Assembly (NCBI GenBank): GCA_002269645.1
Contig: NIVC01001952.1
Span: 62,001-126,000, forward strand
Source of the DNA: Macrostomum lignano
Lineage: Eukaryota
Direction: 5' to 3'
Length of the DNA: 64,000 nt
Positions 23,152-42,043 of the stretch are shown here, piece by piece; position 1 is the first letter of the stretch; every line of letters begins with the position of its first letter. Both the position numbers and the translations under genes were made by a program. The notes beneath the pieces were generated by a model. It was not told the origin of the DNA. It did not search any database and saw only the letters and a list, made by a program, of their open reading frames with translations.

Positions 23152-24102
23152 ATGGCCTTGAGCTTTGCTCAGTTCGGACTTGTCCTGCTCTTTGTGGCCT
23201 CAGGCAGTGCTCAACTGGTTGAATTCTGCCCATTGCTGGGAGGCGTTAACTCGATCAATTGGAATGTCAACCAGGATGAAACCCTCGAAATTAACACTCT
23301 GCTGAGAGGAGTAAACAATTATGGGCCCAGCATGGACTGCACCTTTTCTATCGAGGCCAACGCCCCAGGTAGAATCATCGTCCGGGTGATTGAGAGCAAC
23401 CTGCAGTATTATGCGGCCTCCATAAGCATCCGCACGTACGCTCTTGGCGGCTATCTAGCAAGTTGGAGCCAGCTTACCTACGACAAGGATAGGGATGACA
23501 ACTTCATAGGCCTGACCAACAAGCTTTACATCAACTTTAATAGCCGCAGTTCGCCGCCTGGGAATGCCGCTGGCGTGCGCCTTTTGCTGACCTTCATGCG
23601 CGCAAACGGCTGCCCACCGCGCTGGACCCCAATGACGCTGGACGGCCGATCGCAGTGCGTCGGCGTTCCCACGCAAAATGTCTACAAGTTCGGAGCAGCT
23701 CAGCGCTACTGCAACCTTCAGCGCTCCAATTTGCTAATATCTGAGCGCGACAACATCGCCACAGTTCTTCAACGGGCCAACGCTGCCAATGTCTGGATCG
23801 GTATGACGGCGGAACCTAGCGGCTCTTACTCAACGTACCGTTGGATTAACAACATCCGCGTGGCAGCCAATCATAACGTCAGCTGCACCGGCGGTTGCCG
23901 ACCGGGCAGCACCACGCACCGGTGCGTGTACGCCAGGGACCCGCGCTCGCTGATCCAGATCGAGTGCGGCCAGTCGATCCGGCCCGCCTGCTTCATGCCG
24001 GTGGGCGGCACCGACACTTTCTATGCCGGCTCGTCCGCCGTCAGAGCCAGCGGCGCCCTGCTGGCTGGCGCGGTGCTTCTTCTCTGGGGTCTTCTGAACT
24101 AG
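23152..24102 (+). CDS. Secreted/GPI-anchored CUB-like + C-type lectin-like domain protein, 316 aa, intronless
   Basis: Signal peptide MALSFAQFGLVLLFVASGSA; CUB-like (MDCTFSIEA..RIIVRV..LYINFNS); CTLD (CPPRW..QC..AQRYC..VWIGM..YRW..RCV..EC..PAC); small-residue omega region plus hydrophobic C-terminus; AATAAA at ~24150. Confidence 0.85.
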   Translation: MALSFAQFGLVLLFVASGSAQLVEFCPLLGGVNSINWNVNQDETLEINTLLRGVNNYGPSMDCTFSIEANAPGRIIVRVIESNLQYYAASISIRTYALGGYLASWSQLTYDKDRDDNFIGLTNKLYINFNSRSSPPGNAAGVRLLLTFMRANGCPPRWTPMTLDGRSQCVGVPTQNVYKFGAAQRYCNLQRSNLLISERDNIATVLQRANAANVWIGMTAEPSGSYSTYRWINNIRVAANHNVSCTGGCRPGSTTHRCVYARDPRSLIQIECGQSIRPACFMPVGGTDTFYAGSSAVRASGALLAGAVLLLWGLLN

Positions 24103-25825
24103 AGACATCACTGTTCACGACTGTTCAGGGAGACTTCGATATGCGCCTTAATAAAGCAGTACACACTGATTCCCCAACACACAGATTTCCCCATCGTAGT
24201 GCAGCTTGTTGATTCCCAGTCATTCGATTTATTCGATCACTACAAAAGCCTCCAAATCTATCTAATACGAGCTAGACTATGCTTGAGTAATAAATTACTT
24301 GTGAAATAGTCTCTGGATAAGAAAATTGTTTTGCCAAATTAAAAAAGCATTCGACATTGTTCGAATTATTGCACAAGAATTCTGTTCACTTTGAACCGAG
24401 CAGAAAATTTGTGACTCCAATATAACAATTTTTGGATGGAGATTCGCAGAAATTCTGAGCATGAGAACTAAATATACTCAGGTTTAAGCTCGCCCAAGCC
24501 AAATAATAGTGGAAATGGCCTTCATTGATCGAATATTGCACTTAGCTCCTACAACATAAATATCCTATATATATTGAGTCAGTTTGTGTCATGACATTTT
24601 TGCTTGCATCCATGCTACATGCTTTCAATAAAATGCGAGTCTTACCTGCAGCAGATACTCGCAGATTGATTATTTAACTGTAAAACTGCTCCAGAAATTG
24701 CTTTTTAATATTGGAAAGCCTGTCGCGAGAATTGAGCTCAGCGCTTGTTGATGTGTAATGCCGTGTTGCTCACTTCAGATGCATTGATACCGAAGCTTAT
24801 GCATTTTGGGGTTCATTCGATTCAATGCAATACATTTTCTCAATATTCTGGCGAATTAATCAAGTGAATTCAATTCAAAAGCATTTCACATAATGGTATC
24901 GCAATGAAAATATGCAAGAATTTTGACAGATTATATTAAAGGGATAAATTGAAATTGAAAATATAGCAAAGCCAGGGACTACTAAAGTAGAAGGATGCAA
25001 CACGCGAAATCTATGGAAAATGTTTTGAAGGCCACTCTCTCTACGCCCAAAATAATACACTACGGAGATAAGAAGTTTTCATTTTTTCAGCACAAAAATT
25101 GTTATTTCTTTCGATAGGAGGCAGATCCAATGTTCATCTTTTGATATGTTGTGTCTTTCTTATAAATCTATTTATATTCATAAAGCTTTTCGTAGTCATT
25201 CTTAGCTAACTGTACCAAAATGTGCAACAGAGATGATAAAATAGATTCATAAAACCAAAGATTCGAACTGTGCCATGCATTTTTATGATTTTTAGGCACA
25301 GGACATATGCAATTGTGGCGCTCAAAAACTGCACTTAAACGGGAATTGAACTGCACTTTCCAGCTGCCCCTCACACATGGTAGAATGGGCGGATTCTATA
25401 TTTCTTGCAATTCTCGGGGATCTTTGTTCTACAGTCCTCATAATTGTTTCGCAGGCGAAGGTAAACTGTGCTGAGCTGGAGTTGCGCAATAATTCTGGAC
25501 TGGAAATTTCTAGGACATACGCGCCCTCGTACTTTTCGGTTGAGTAGTGCCATTTGAAGCTATAGTAAGAGACCTTACCGAATTAACCTTATATTTATAC
25601 TGTATCTGCAAAATACCCGAAAATCCAACAACTCTCGATGAATATTTGATGCACATGCATTTTACCTGGAGTTTTTTGCGCTTTCTTGAGTTCTGTGTAC
25701 CGGTACTTACAATATGATAATAAGTTTTTGATAAGAATTCCTTGATCGTGGATTAGTTCAACGGTGGTAAGTTTTTTTAATAAATTTATACTGCTTTTTA
25801 TTGGGAGGGGCAAGCTAGGGGTCAT

Positions 25826-26438
25826 GCAGACACTTCGGTGCCAGACAGTTCGGTGCCAGACAGTTCGGTGCCAGACAGTTCGGTGCCAGACAGTTCGGTG
25901 CCAGACACTTCGGTGCCAGACAGTTCGGTGCCAGACAGTTCGGTGCCAGACAGTTCGGTGCCAGACACTTCGGTGCCAGACAGTTCGGTGCCAGACAGTT
26001 CGGTGCCAGACAGTTCGGTGCCAGACAGTTCGGTGCCAGACAGTTCGGTGCCAGACAGTTCGGTGCCAGACAGTTCGGTGCCAGACAGTTCGGTGCCAGA
26101 CAGTTCGGTGCCAGACACTTCGGTGCCAGACAGTTCGGTGCCAGACAGTTCGGTGCCAGACACTTCGGTGCCAGACACTTCGGTGCCAGACAGTTCGGTG
26201 CCAGACACTTCGGTGCCAGACACTTCGGTGCCAGACACTTCGGTGCCAGACAGCTCGGTGCCAGACAGCTCGGTGCCAGACAGTTCGGTGCCACACAGTT
26301 CCGTGCCAGACAGTTCGGTGCCAGACACTTCGGTGCCAGACAGTTCGGTGCCAGACATTTCAGTGCCAGACACGTCGTTGGCAGTCATTTCGGTGCATGC
26401 AGACACTTCGGTGCCAGACATTTCAGTGCCAGACACTT
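25826..26438. repeat. 15-bp tandem repeat (GCCAGACA[G/C]TTCGGT), left part of the array split by the LINE
   Basis: About 40 units are directly visible. Confidence 0.97.
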
Positions 26439-26528
26439 ACTTACTTACTTACTACTGACGGGGGGCGCAGGCGCCGCGAATAGGCCGCGAGGCCCCTATC
26501 GCAACCCCAAGGTAAAAGAGCACAAGGA

Positions 26529-31651
<5,123 letters not shown>

Positions 31652-31881
31652 GCAATTGTGGAAGCTTTGCGAGAAGGTGGAGTTTCAGAGAATTTTTCCT
31701 TTTGCATGAATTTAAGTAGTATCTCAGTACCAGCCAAGAGACAGTACCAGTTTTAAAGCCCGCTGTGTGGCAAGCTAAAATATAGAAGAACCTTAAGAGG
31801 TCTGGAGCGTAAGAAGTACGCAATTATTTTGCAGCAATACTTGACGACTTGTGCAGCTTATTTTAAATTCAAGACATAACA

Positions 31882-32702
31882 ATGGCATCGCTGTCTCGAG
31901 AGAACCTGCGGGAGCTTCCCTGGACAGAAGACAAATTCGAGGCCTGGATCGAGCAGTTTGAAGCCGTCTGCAGGAGATCCGGCGTGAAGGATGAGAAGGA
32001 GGAAGGGTTTTCGCCCAAGGCCGACTTCTTCATAAGCCTCATGGTGAAACTGCCTACGACAAGCTGCGGAACCTGGTCGCTCCGGCGAAGCCAGAGAACA
32101 AGACCTTCAAATAATTGAAGAATGAAATTGAGAAGCATGTCGTGTCACAGAAGAAACTGGTTGTAGCTGAGCGCTACAAGTTGAACTTACTGCATGAAAC
32201 AAGATGAATACGAATCAGCGGCAGATTTTGAAAACAGGTTACGTGCTCAAGCTGACCGATGTCAATTCGGAGATTTTTTACAGGAAGCTTTGAGAGACAG
32301 ATTCGTGGCACGACTGCGCAGTGAGTCGGTGGTGAAAGAGCTGCTTATCAACCTGGAGCTGACGGTGGAGACTGCCACGGCGCAAGAGCAAGTAAGCAAG
32401 AGTGCCTTAAGCGCAATGGAAAGGTGGAAACAGTCAGTGCGACTAAGGGCAGAGTACGACAACAAAAAAGGGCCCAAGCTCAGGGACGCACTCCGCAAAG
32501 CTTGCAATTTCTGTATGAAGAGGCACCCGCCAAAGACATGCCCGCGTTTGGACCAAAATGTCGAAAGTGTGGGAAAATGAACCATTTTGAAGCTGCATGT
32601 AAGCTTAACAAGCCAGCTAGCTCACATGGAAGGATGGCATCCGGCTCCATCAAAGGAAAGCCGTCGATGCGAGTGTGCAGGAATCGAGGAGGATCAGGAT
32701 AA
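31882..32702 (+). pseudogene. Degenerate Mag-type Ty3/Gypsy gag remnant
   Basis: Stitching frames gives WIEQFE..FFISLMGETAYDKLRNLVAP..LVVAERYK..RLRAQADRCQFG..ALRDRFV..CNFC..H...CPAFGPKCRKCGKMNHFEAAC, with frameshifts and a stop. No pol or LTR seen. Confidence 0.75.
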
Positions 32703-35700
32703 ACCAGCCAAGGTTATCTTAAAGGGTGAAATATATATGGCTTTATATAGAAAATAAACATATGCGTACATGTACGTATGTATACGTGTACATTTTAGCT
32801 AATTCATAAACATATACATACATGTACATGCACGTATAAGCGCAGGCATATTTAAATGGACATAACATGTACATGTACGAGTAGGACCGATGCACGCGTC
32901 GCCACAGAAACAAAAGATTGCTGTTTACAATGCACGAGATCAGTACATGCATGCACCTAAAAATAAAGTTTTCCTACCTTTGTGAATTTTATTCGTCACA
33001 CAGGCTGTCTCTACCCAAGCAGCCACTGTAATAATAATAGTTAACTGTACTACAGTAAAGTTTTTGTCCTCTACCCTAAACTGAAAAAATCCTCGCTGTG
33101 CTTCTATTTATACATATGTGTGGCATACATTAAAAGTTACAAAGAGAAAAATACAAAATTGTTGCATTAATTAGCACGAAAAAGATACTCCTTGTCAATG
33201 ACAAAATCTGAATTGGATAATTCCAACGGTTGCATGCATTTTTAGTCAAATAAAGGTTTCGTACTAGCAATAATAAAATAGTTAATGATAAAGTTAATCC
33301 TGTTGAAGTCGAGTAAAACTTTTAATGTCAAATACAATAAAACAATTTTTTGACGAAATTGGTTTCTGACAGTTTTGTTTTGTTTTAACTAGTATTATTT
33401 ACTACAAGTTTAAATGCTGTTCTTCCATCAGATCCGGGGTAGTTCTCAAATTAAGGTCATGATGTTTTGGTACAGAAAAAAAAGTTTTTGAATAAAGTAA
33501 TTATTTTGCAAAAACGATTCTTTCGTCAATTTAATTAAAAAACTGCCGTTAAAACCACAAGAAACCAAATATTTAAGACGAAATCTAGCAATTTGTTATT
33601 TTTCGCAACGGAAAATAAAACGACCAAAAATTGTGAAATAATGCAAGTTTTCTTTTATTTTTTTATGAATTAGATACATCTTTTATTCTATGTTTACTAT
33701 TTAATAAGTATTATTTCAATAGAAAATGTTATTTTTAAATCAACATTTTGTTTTTTTCGTATAAATTGCTTGTATTTAAAATTATCGCGTAACAAGAAAC
33801 ACCCGAAATAATTGATATTGTACCACTCAAGAACTTAATTATTGTACTTAAACACCGAAATATGAAGCTTAAAATATACAAAACTGGTTTAGCTAAAAAT
33901 TAGGCTTGCAAAATATGTCTTTTAAAGCATTAAAAGTTTTTTGAATTAGAATATATATAGTAAACGAGCTAGGAAGCCATTTCTTTTAAAACCTAAAATG
34001 CATGTATCTTTTTTCGAACAGACTTGCGTTTTTAAAAAAAAATACTTCAGCAAGCATTTATATTCTGCAACATAGCTTTAATACTATTTTACTATTTTAC
34101 TATACTATTTTCTTATGTAATTAGGCTGCATAACTACTAAAAGAACAGCTTATAAATTTAAATTAAATACTTTGGTCTTGGTAAGTTAATTAGCCTATTA
34201 CAGACGTCTGACTCGGCAGCCACATGGATCACTGCAATTGCTCTGGCGAACCTCTGTAATCGATTCTGGCCCTGCACTAGCTGTAATGCTCGGTATACAA
34301 TTCGTCTCATTTGATAAATTACGTCGATGCCTGCAGAACTAACCACACCCAAAGGACCACTGCACATCTTAGCATTGTGGCACATACAATGATGCTGGTG
34401 TTCTGGCAGAGAAACAGGTAAAAGTGCAGCAAATGGCATTACATATCCGTCCGAGAGGTGTGCAGTTTACAGTGCTTTAGCCAATTGGGTCAGTAGAATT
34501 AAATCGATCACATTAGAATAAAAGTAGATGTTCGCTGTACATGTAACAAACCAATAGCAAGACACTATTGGATGTCTTTCCCTTCTACTGATGCTCGTAC
34601 ATCAGCTGGCTGTCTCCACAGGCCACAGCTCATCGCATTCTCTGTTAACCGCCGCTTCAGTGCTGTCAGCCGCACTTAACTGTGTCTGGCCTCGGTATAT
34701 AGAGTCAGTCCCAATGGAAAATCATCATCTAAAACATATCTAAAGCGTAATTGTCAATCGAAGAGTAATATAAAATATAGTATGTCTGTTATGGTACTGC
34801 CATGACTTATCTGTTAAACACTTCAAAAATTCGTGTGGCAGCACTCTCTGTAGAGATTTCATCTTTCTGTACCATATTTAATATTACATTGCCAGCATCA
34901 ATGGCAATTAAGTTTTTTCTTTTGTCTTTTTTCTTGTTAGTAGCTATATGCATCCAAAGGTGGAAAGTATCAACTGAATGTTTAAGTTGCTACATGTATA
35001 TCTTTAATGAATTGCAGAACATATGAGAATGAATTTAATGTTTCAAAAAAATTAATTTTTTGTGCTTCAGACAGCTAATTTCATTGATAATAAATCAGAT
35101 ACAAAATTGTTTTAATACTATTTCTTGACTAATCAAATCATGCAACTTTTTTATTATTCGTTACTCTTATTTTCTTTTCAGTTTCTACTACTCTCTTTCT
35201 TCTACTACTACTTTCTACTACTTTCTTCTACTCTTGTTTTGACTCATTATGTTTACTTGTAACTTACAATACAAATTTTAAATCAGTTGAAAAAATTGTG
35301 TGAAAACAACAAAAAACGACTGTTTTTAAGAGAAAAAAAGTCAATTTTATCTACATAAATCAAATTCTGTTTGTTCTGACTAACATATTGGGTGATCAAT
35401 AGCAAAAATTCATCTAAATTACGAGCGTACATAAAAAAACATCCAAAAAACCTAACAATGTGCTGAGAAAATTTTTTTTCATAACTAGAGACAAAAAAGT
35501 GGTACTTTTTCTCATCCCACAGATGAGGACTTTAAATTAAAATAACTTTGGTGCTACTTGCTTTGTTGTAGTCAGCGAAATCTCTCTTTGTTAGGTTAAT
35601 TTTGTGCTATTGAAAAAAACTTAAAATTGAATTTATTTAACTTTTCTTTCTTAATATAGAATGAAACTGCCTTAATTGATACTTTAGTGTTAGATATGAC

Positions 35701-38700
35701 TATCTTTCTTAAAAAACAGCAGAAAACGCAGCTATTAGCGTATTCTATCAACAGAACAAATTAATTAAAAGTGGATTTTTTTATCATTCATAATGTTACG
35801 TTTCTAGCAAAAATCGAAATAGCAACATCTGCTTTGCAATCGAAAGAGTTAAATGGGTTCTAGGTTGTGCTAACCAAAGTTATAAATAACATTTATCAAT
35901 TTTCTTCTTTAATAAGACCACGTGAACAGAATGTAGCTTCTCTAAAGTGGGTATTATAACTCGTGCGATAATAAAAATATATATCGAAAAATGAAATAGC
36001 GCACTCTGATGAGATTAACATCAAAAGTTCAATGTTAAAAAAGATTAAGACCCATGAGAGGCATATATTTTTTAAGTCCTTTTAGAGCTAAAATAAGAAA
36101 AGATTCAATATTTCAGGCTGATTTTCAAAAATATTTGTTTCACTGCTTACGACTAAACTTTGAGAACGACCCTCCGTTTTTATTGATTGTGATAATTTTT
36201 TACTAACTAGGGCCTAGATGTTTACTGAATAATGAATGCTGCATATATTTATTCAAGGATTCTGCCGCACACATTCGTCCAAGTCTCTTGTTTTAGAAAG
36301 AGTAGCAGCTTTATTAAGTGTTTTTTTTCAGTTACATTTGATTCTGTATAGTTTAATACAATTTATAGTAGGCCTAACCTCTTTCGCCGACTCGGGGCAG
36401 CTGTCCACTGGAAACGCCCGCACAGTCGTCGCTGGCCGTCTGCGGGAGGCCCGCTGAGTTTTAATTCCTGCTTTTTACACCCCTCTAAGCTTTTGTATGG
36501 TCTAGGGCTAGGCTAGAAAGTTGTCATAGTTATAAGAATTTTAGGCCTACCATTTTTTCTTTTTATTAGAGCCTATTTCTTTAATTTCATGCACATTTCT
36601 AGTTCTAGTAATAAACTTTTCACATAATGATCGACTTTACACTGTAGTTATAAAAATTTCTAGATTTCATGGTGCAATTGTCCCATAGGGCCTAATCAAA
36701 CAATGAATAAACTCTTGCTAGATGCCAATGGTGCATTGGTGCAACAATGGCCTAGGCTGCTTTCTGCCAATGGCAAAACTAGAAATTTGTTGAGAGGGGC
36801 AGATTCTAGAGTGTAAAGCCCTAGGGGGATACAAGGGTGGCTCTATACTTTGGCAAAAATGTGCTTGGTCCCCCTTTTGGCTTTTGATTTTTTTGGGTAC
36901 AACTATAAAGTTGTACTTCGTATAGTAGAACTATGTAGTTGTGGCTTTTTAAGCTACATAAAATGTGTTCAAATTAGGCAATCTTTTATTTTACTGCATT
37001 TAATAATTTAACCATTTTTTTATTTCAGAATATTAAGATAGTAGAAGGATAAAGATAAGTGTTTTTAAGTATTAGGTAAATCAATTAGTTAAGTAATAAT
37101 AAGCCACCCAGTATAAGAAGTTGCCAAACTCCTTTCTAGGAAAGAGCTGGCACCAGAGATACTCATTGAGATGGGTTTCAAACAGAGCTTCAGAAGTGCC
37201 ATGCATCGCCCAGAATTTTGCCTTGACATGGGCCTATGACTAGCAGCTATGTAGCGTGACATCAATGTTGCATAGCTCGGCTGCTGGTCTTAGATTGGCC
37301 TCGGGCACAATTGTAGTAGGAGCAGACTACAGAGGGCCTTCCAGCCATCAGTAAATTGGTTGAAATGAGAAAGAAAAGTAAAAAATTATTAAACATAGTA
37401 AAGTAAAAGATTGCCTCAAATTAAACATTTGAAAATGCAATTTTGATTAACAAATATTTATTTTTTATGATATGATTTAGAAGTCATATGACTTATATTA
37501 GGCCAATTAAACTCTATGCTAAAGATGACATGTTGCAAGACCTAAATGAGATAAGAGTTATGATAAGATTCTTGTTTTAGTAATCTTAGGTTTTTGACAA
37601 AAATTAGATAAGTCTAATAAGATTTAAGATTTTTAATTAAAAAAAATGGTGCCAAAGGAAAAAATTAAAAATCATATACATAGTCATAGGGTTAAAAAAT
37701 TATATAAAAATATAATCCATAGTCAGGAAGGTATCCTGTATGCCAGCCACAGTTTAAAACAATCTTTAACATAAATTTTTTTTTAAATGAAAAATGTTTG
37801 TATATACGCGCCGCATCTTGCACCTCCCCTCCTAGTCTAGGCATTATTCCTTGCGTACAGTGCATAAGCCTGGCATAAGTTTTTCATCATTTCATCATTT
37901 TTCCTCTGGCATAGCTCTAAGCATGAAATGGACTATGATAATTGCATCCCAGAAAAAAATGACCAATTTTTTGGTGTATACCAATATATGCTAAATACAT
38001 TCATTACCTTATAACAAAGCTTCAAATTGGTAATTTTTAACAGTACTATTAGACTAGTGCTTTTTGGTATTTAATTTCAATTAGATAAGTTAAAAACTCT
38101 AGATAATAATTATATTTGTATAATGTTTTATATAAATAAAGAACAAAAACAAAAGTTGTAAATTTTTGTTAAAACTTCAAATTGTTACCTTGTAAAAAAC
38201 ACAAAAAACTGTTTTACATTAAATTCTTATCAAATTGTACAATTATAATGATAGACAACTATTGTGACTATTATTGATAATATATTTTTTTAATTTTGGG
38301 TACATGTCATACAAAAATATTATAATATAAAATATATATATCAAAAGCCTAAAATCACTTTTTGTATATCAATACAAATGCAAAATTTCTTGAGTGTGCC
38401 TTAAAATTTTTTGGTATATATGCCTTCTTTCTGACTAAGGTATGCCAGAATTTTCTAGAGTGCATTAGCCTTTCATAGTTCATTGGCATACATATTTGAT
38501 GTGCTTGAATCTTAAAAAGTTGTATTTGGCATAGAAAAAGTGGTTTACAAAGCTATTTAAAATAGGTGCAAGTATCTTCTAGTTTCTATAATGAAAGGTA
38601 AAACATTTTGAAGAAAAAGGTAGTGGTTAAGATCTGACGAGAGTACAAATGAAAAAAATATTATTTGAGTATGATTGATAGTGCTATTTTATAAAATTTA

Positions 38701-41136
38701 GGTACTAAAACTTTGTGTAATTGCAAGATGTTGTAAAGAGTAATAGAGTAATAGACATGACACTTTTTTATTATAATGTACATGTAAACATCAAGTATAA
38801 TAACAAAAGGGTCCATGATTGTCATAACATAAAAAAGGTCCTTTATTGTCATAGTCATATATGCCCAACTTCAAAATTTTACCTGGCTATGTGACTTACT
38901 TTTTGACCAAAAATGTAACTTATATGAAAAAACCCTAAAGCAAATTTTATGTAATTTTGGATAAATAGAAAGAGTAACTATAACTATATTATTAAGGTTA
39001 AATGCTTCATAATCTAATTAGTATTATGTATATGTATTTTTGGATTAGCATTTTTGCAACTTACCTTGGCCAGACCTTTTGCCACCTGACCAAATTGGCC
39101 AGGTTGGCTGGGTGTTGGGCGTGTATGATCATAGTGCAAAAGAAAGGTTGCATAACTTAGAAATTTTGGTATACATGACAATCACATTTCCAATTGTTAG
39201 TGTACTTGGCATATACCTAAAATTTTGCCTAAAGAAACTGGCCTACACTGGATACCTTCTTGACAGTAGAATATTAAAAAAGATAATATATATAATTTTT
39301 TTTAAAATTGATATAAAATTTCTTCATAATCTTTTCTTTTGGCTTTATAAGATTTATTATCACAATATTCTGCAAAAACAATTTTTCATTTTTTAATTTA
39401 ATAATTGCAGTGGTTGCTAGTTAAATTGGTAATAAGCCATTTTGGTGTCAGATTTCATCTAGTTTGTGATAGTCTCAGTTTATTTGGTGACATCATTGTT
39501 TGTATATGCAATTATGTATAAAATTATAATTTATAGTTTTGAGTTTAGTTTTTGAATTGAAAGTTATTATTGATATATAGTTTGCTTTGTTTTTCTCCTT
39601 TCATTTCTGCCTATGAAATAGTTTAAAAAGCAAATAAAAATGCAATTCTTGTTATCCTGCCATCCTATTCAGCCAAATGTGATAGCTTTCTAAGTCATTG
39701 TTAGTATAGATTTGCTGCCAATAAATATAGATGTCCTCTGTGCACCAGCAATTGACTTCTTTCAGCTAATCAAGTGCTTTTGATATATTGACATAGATCT
39801 ACTTGTCTCTGGTTAGCAAATTGATTAGCAAAGGCTTATAGGTAAAGAAAAGTGAATACAATGCAGTTGCTGGGCAAGAAGGCAAAGGCATCAATTTTCA
39901 AATGAAGTGCTATGTGCCTTTGTCTTGATTGTATGAAAGTTGAAGACTGAAAGACTCTATTCATACATGCGCAACAGTTGGCCAATCCGGCTGACCGATT
40001 TGGCGGCCAACCAAGGAAGTTGCAAAAATGCCCACTCAAAAAAATGCAAAAGGAGTAGTACTAAATAGCTGACGAGGCATTTTGGCTTAATAAGACAGTC
40101 TTAGTTACTCCTGCCGTTTACCCAAAGTTGCGTTAATTTTGCTTTAGTGTTTTTTACATGTAAGTCGCATTTTTGGCCAAAAACTATGTCGCATTTTTGT
40201 TAAAACTAAGTTGCATGGCTGACTGAATTTTGGAGGTTGAGCACGTATGACAGTCTATGCTATATAGCTTGCATCCAATGGAAGTTCCAGCCCATGGCAT
40301 GCACCTATGGAAACTTTTGCTAGATTGCATTCAATATAGCTTTCTCAAAATATAGTACAAACAAAGTAAATCCAGTAAACAAAGAATTGGTTTTTAAGAC
40401 AATGTGCTTTTTTATTGTTTTCCATAAACTATTTTTGCTCCTTGCTTATTGGGGGCCCCAAAAGGGGCACTAGATTGCTAGTCATGAACTAAGCATGGCT
40501 CTAGATCATCAATATCAATATCGTTTCAATCTTGTTGATCCTGCTGATAGTCACAATGCATATCATGCTATTTTTCAAAATGAATGATTATACAACATGC
40601 ATAAAAGAATTTAATTTATATGGGTATTAGCCAAATAAGTAAAAATGAAGTATCTATAATAGTTAAGTAGATTTAGTAATTTAGAGCTAGCATGTTTATA
40701 TGCTTATAATACAAACAGATAATTACATTAGTTATCATTTTAATATTATTTTAATATTTTGATTAAACCTATACCTATAGGAAGCTAAAGAAATTGTTCA
40801 TCTATGTTAGAATTTATTTTCTTATAAAACTTGTATGTCAGTATCTTATTTACCAATTTAAACAAGTATATGATATTCAAAAAAATAATTTCATTTGATT
40901 AAATCTTTTTATTGGTTATAAAAAGCTAAAAACAATTATGAGTATAAATACTCATATTCAAAATAAAAGTTTTTGTGCTTTATTTATATTGAATATATTT
41001 GTAACAATATTTTGATATGAAAGACTTCAACTTAATATATGCCATATTATATAATATATGCAAATTTTGTAAAAAGGCTTTAACTTACTCTAAGTTCTTT
41101 TCATGTGTGCTATTGCTTTTATTGTATTTTTAAATG

Positions 41137-41404
41137 CCCATTGAAAACAAGGGTTAATCTTGAAAGTAAATGGACAAAAAAACTTTTGGTTCGTTGGTTA
41201 TTTTACTGCAGTTTAACTCTCAAAAGGCAAATTTACATTAATTAACTACACACTTTGTAGGCTAATTTTGGTTAACAAACTTGTAAATTTATGTAAATTA
41301 ACCCTCCATAAATTAAAGTAATGTTTATTTACCTAAAATCACATTAATTAACCTTCCAGCTATTAGTTAATTAAACCCCAATATTAAACCTTGTTTTCAA
41401 TGGG
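41137..41404. mobile_element. Possible small AT-rich MITE
   Basis: 24-bp terminal inverted repeat with 2 mismatches (CCCATTGAAAACAAGG[G/T]TTAAT). TTAA lies 3 nt outside each end. Confidence 0.45.
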
Positions 41405-41692
41405 TGATTAACATAACTAGATAGCCTTTTATAAATAGACATTAGGCTATTGTCTATACTGTCACAATAATACACTTTATCATATATTATTAATTAGTGA
41501 CTAAAATGAGGGTTTATTATTTTGTTATTGAATATAATACAAAAATTTTTTATTCTTGTAATCTTGTTCCATCTTTAAAATTATTAATAGGATTTTTAAA
41601 ATAACATTTTTCTTTCAATCTGCAAGGACTACTTCCAGTAGTATAGCAATTCTAAAGCACATTTTTCGCCAAAAAAATTAACAATTCATGTC

Positions 41693-42043
41693 ATGCCGCC
41701 CAAAGTTGCAAAGAAAGTCGATTCAAAAAAGGCCGCCCCGGCTAAGAAGAAGGACGCCGGATCCAGCGGCGGCAAGGCCAAGAAGAAGAAGTGGTCCAAG
41801 GGAAAAGTTCGCGACAAGCTCAACAACATGTGCCTGTTCGACCAGGCCACCTATGACAAGCTGTACAAGGAGGTGCCAGCCTACAAGCTCATTACGCCGT
41901 CTGTTGTTAGCGAGCGGCTGAAAATCCGAGTTAGTCTGGCCAGGGCTGCCCTGCTGGAGCTCGACCGCAAAGGCCTAATCAAGCCGGTCTCTAGGCACCA
42001 CTCGCAGTTCATCTACACTAAAACTACCAAGGCTGAGGCTTGA
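41693..42043 (+). CDS. RPS25: 40S ribosomal protein S25 (eS25), 116 aa, intronless CDS
   Basis: Hallmark [63 protein letters not shown] at 42172. Confidence 0.98.
   Translation: MPPKVAKKVDSKKAAPAKKKDAGSSGGKAKKKKWSKGKVRDKLNNMCLFDQATYDKLYKEVPAYKLITPSVVSERLKIRVSLARAALLELDRKGLIKPVSRHHSQFIYTKTTKAEA

Noticed and set aside
34158-34439. 93-aa minus-strand ORF as a real gene
   Set aside because: No recognisable domain, signal peptide or convincing splice context.
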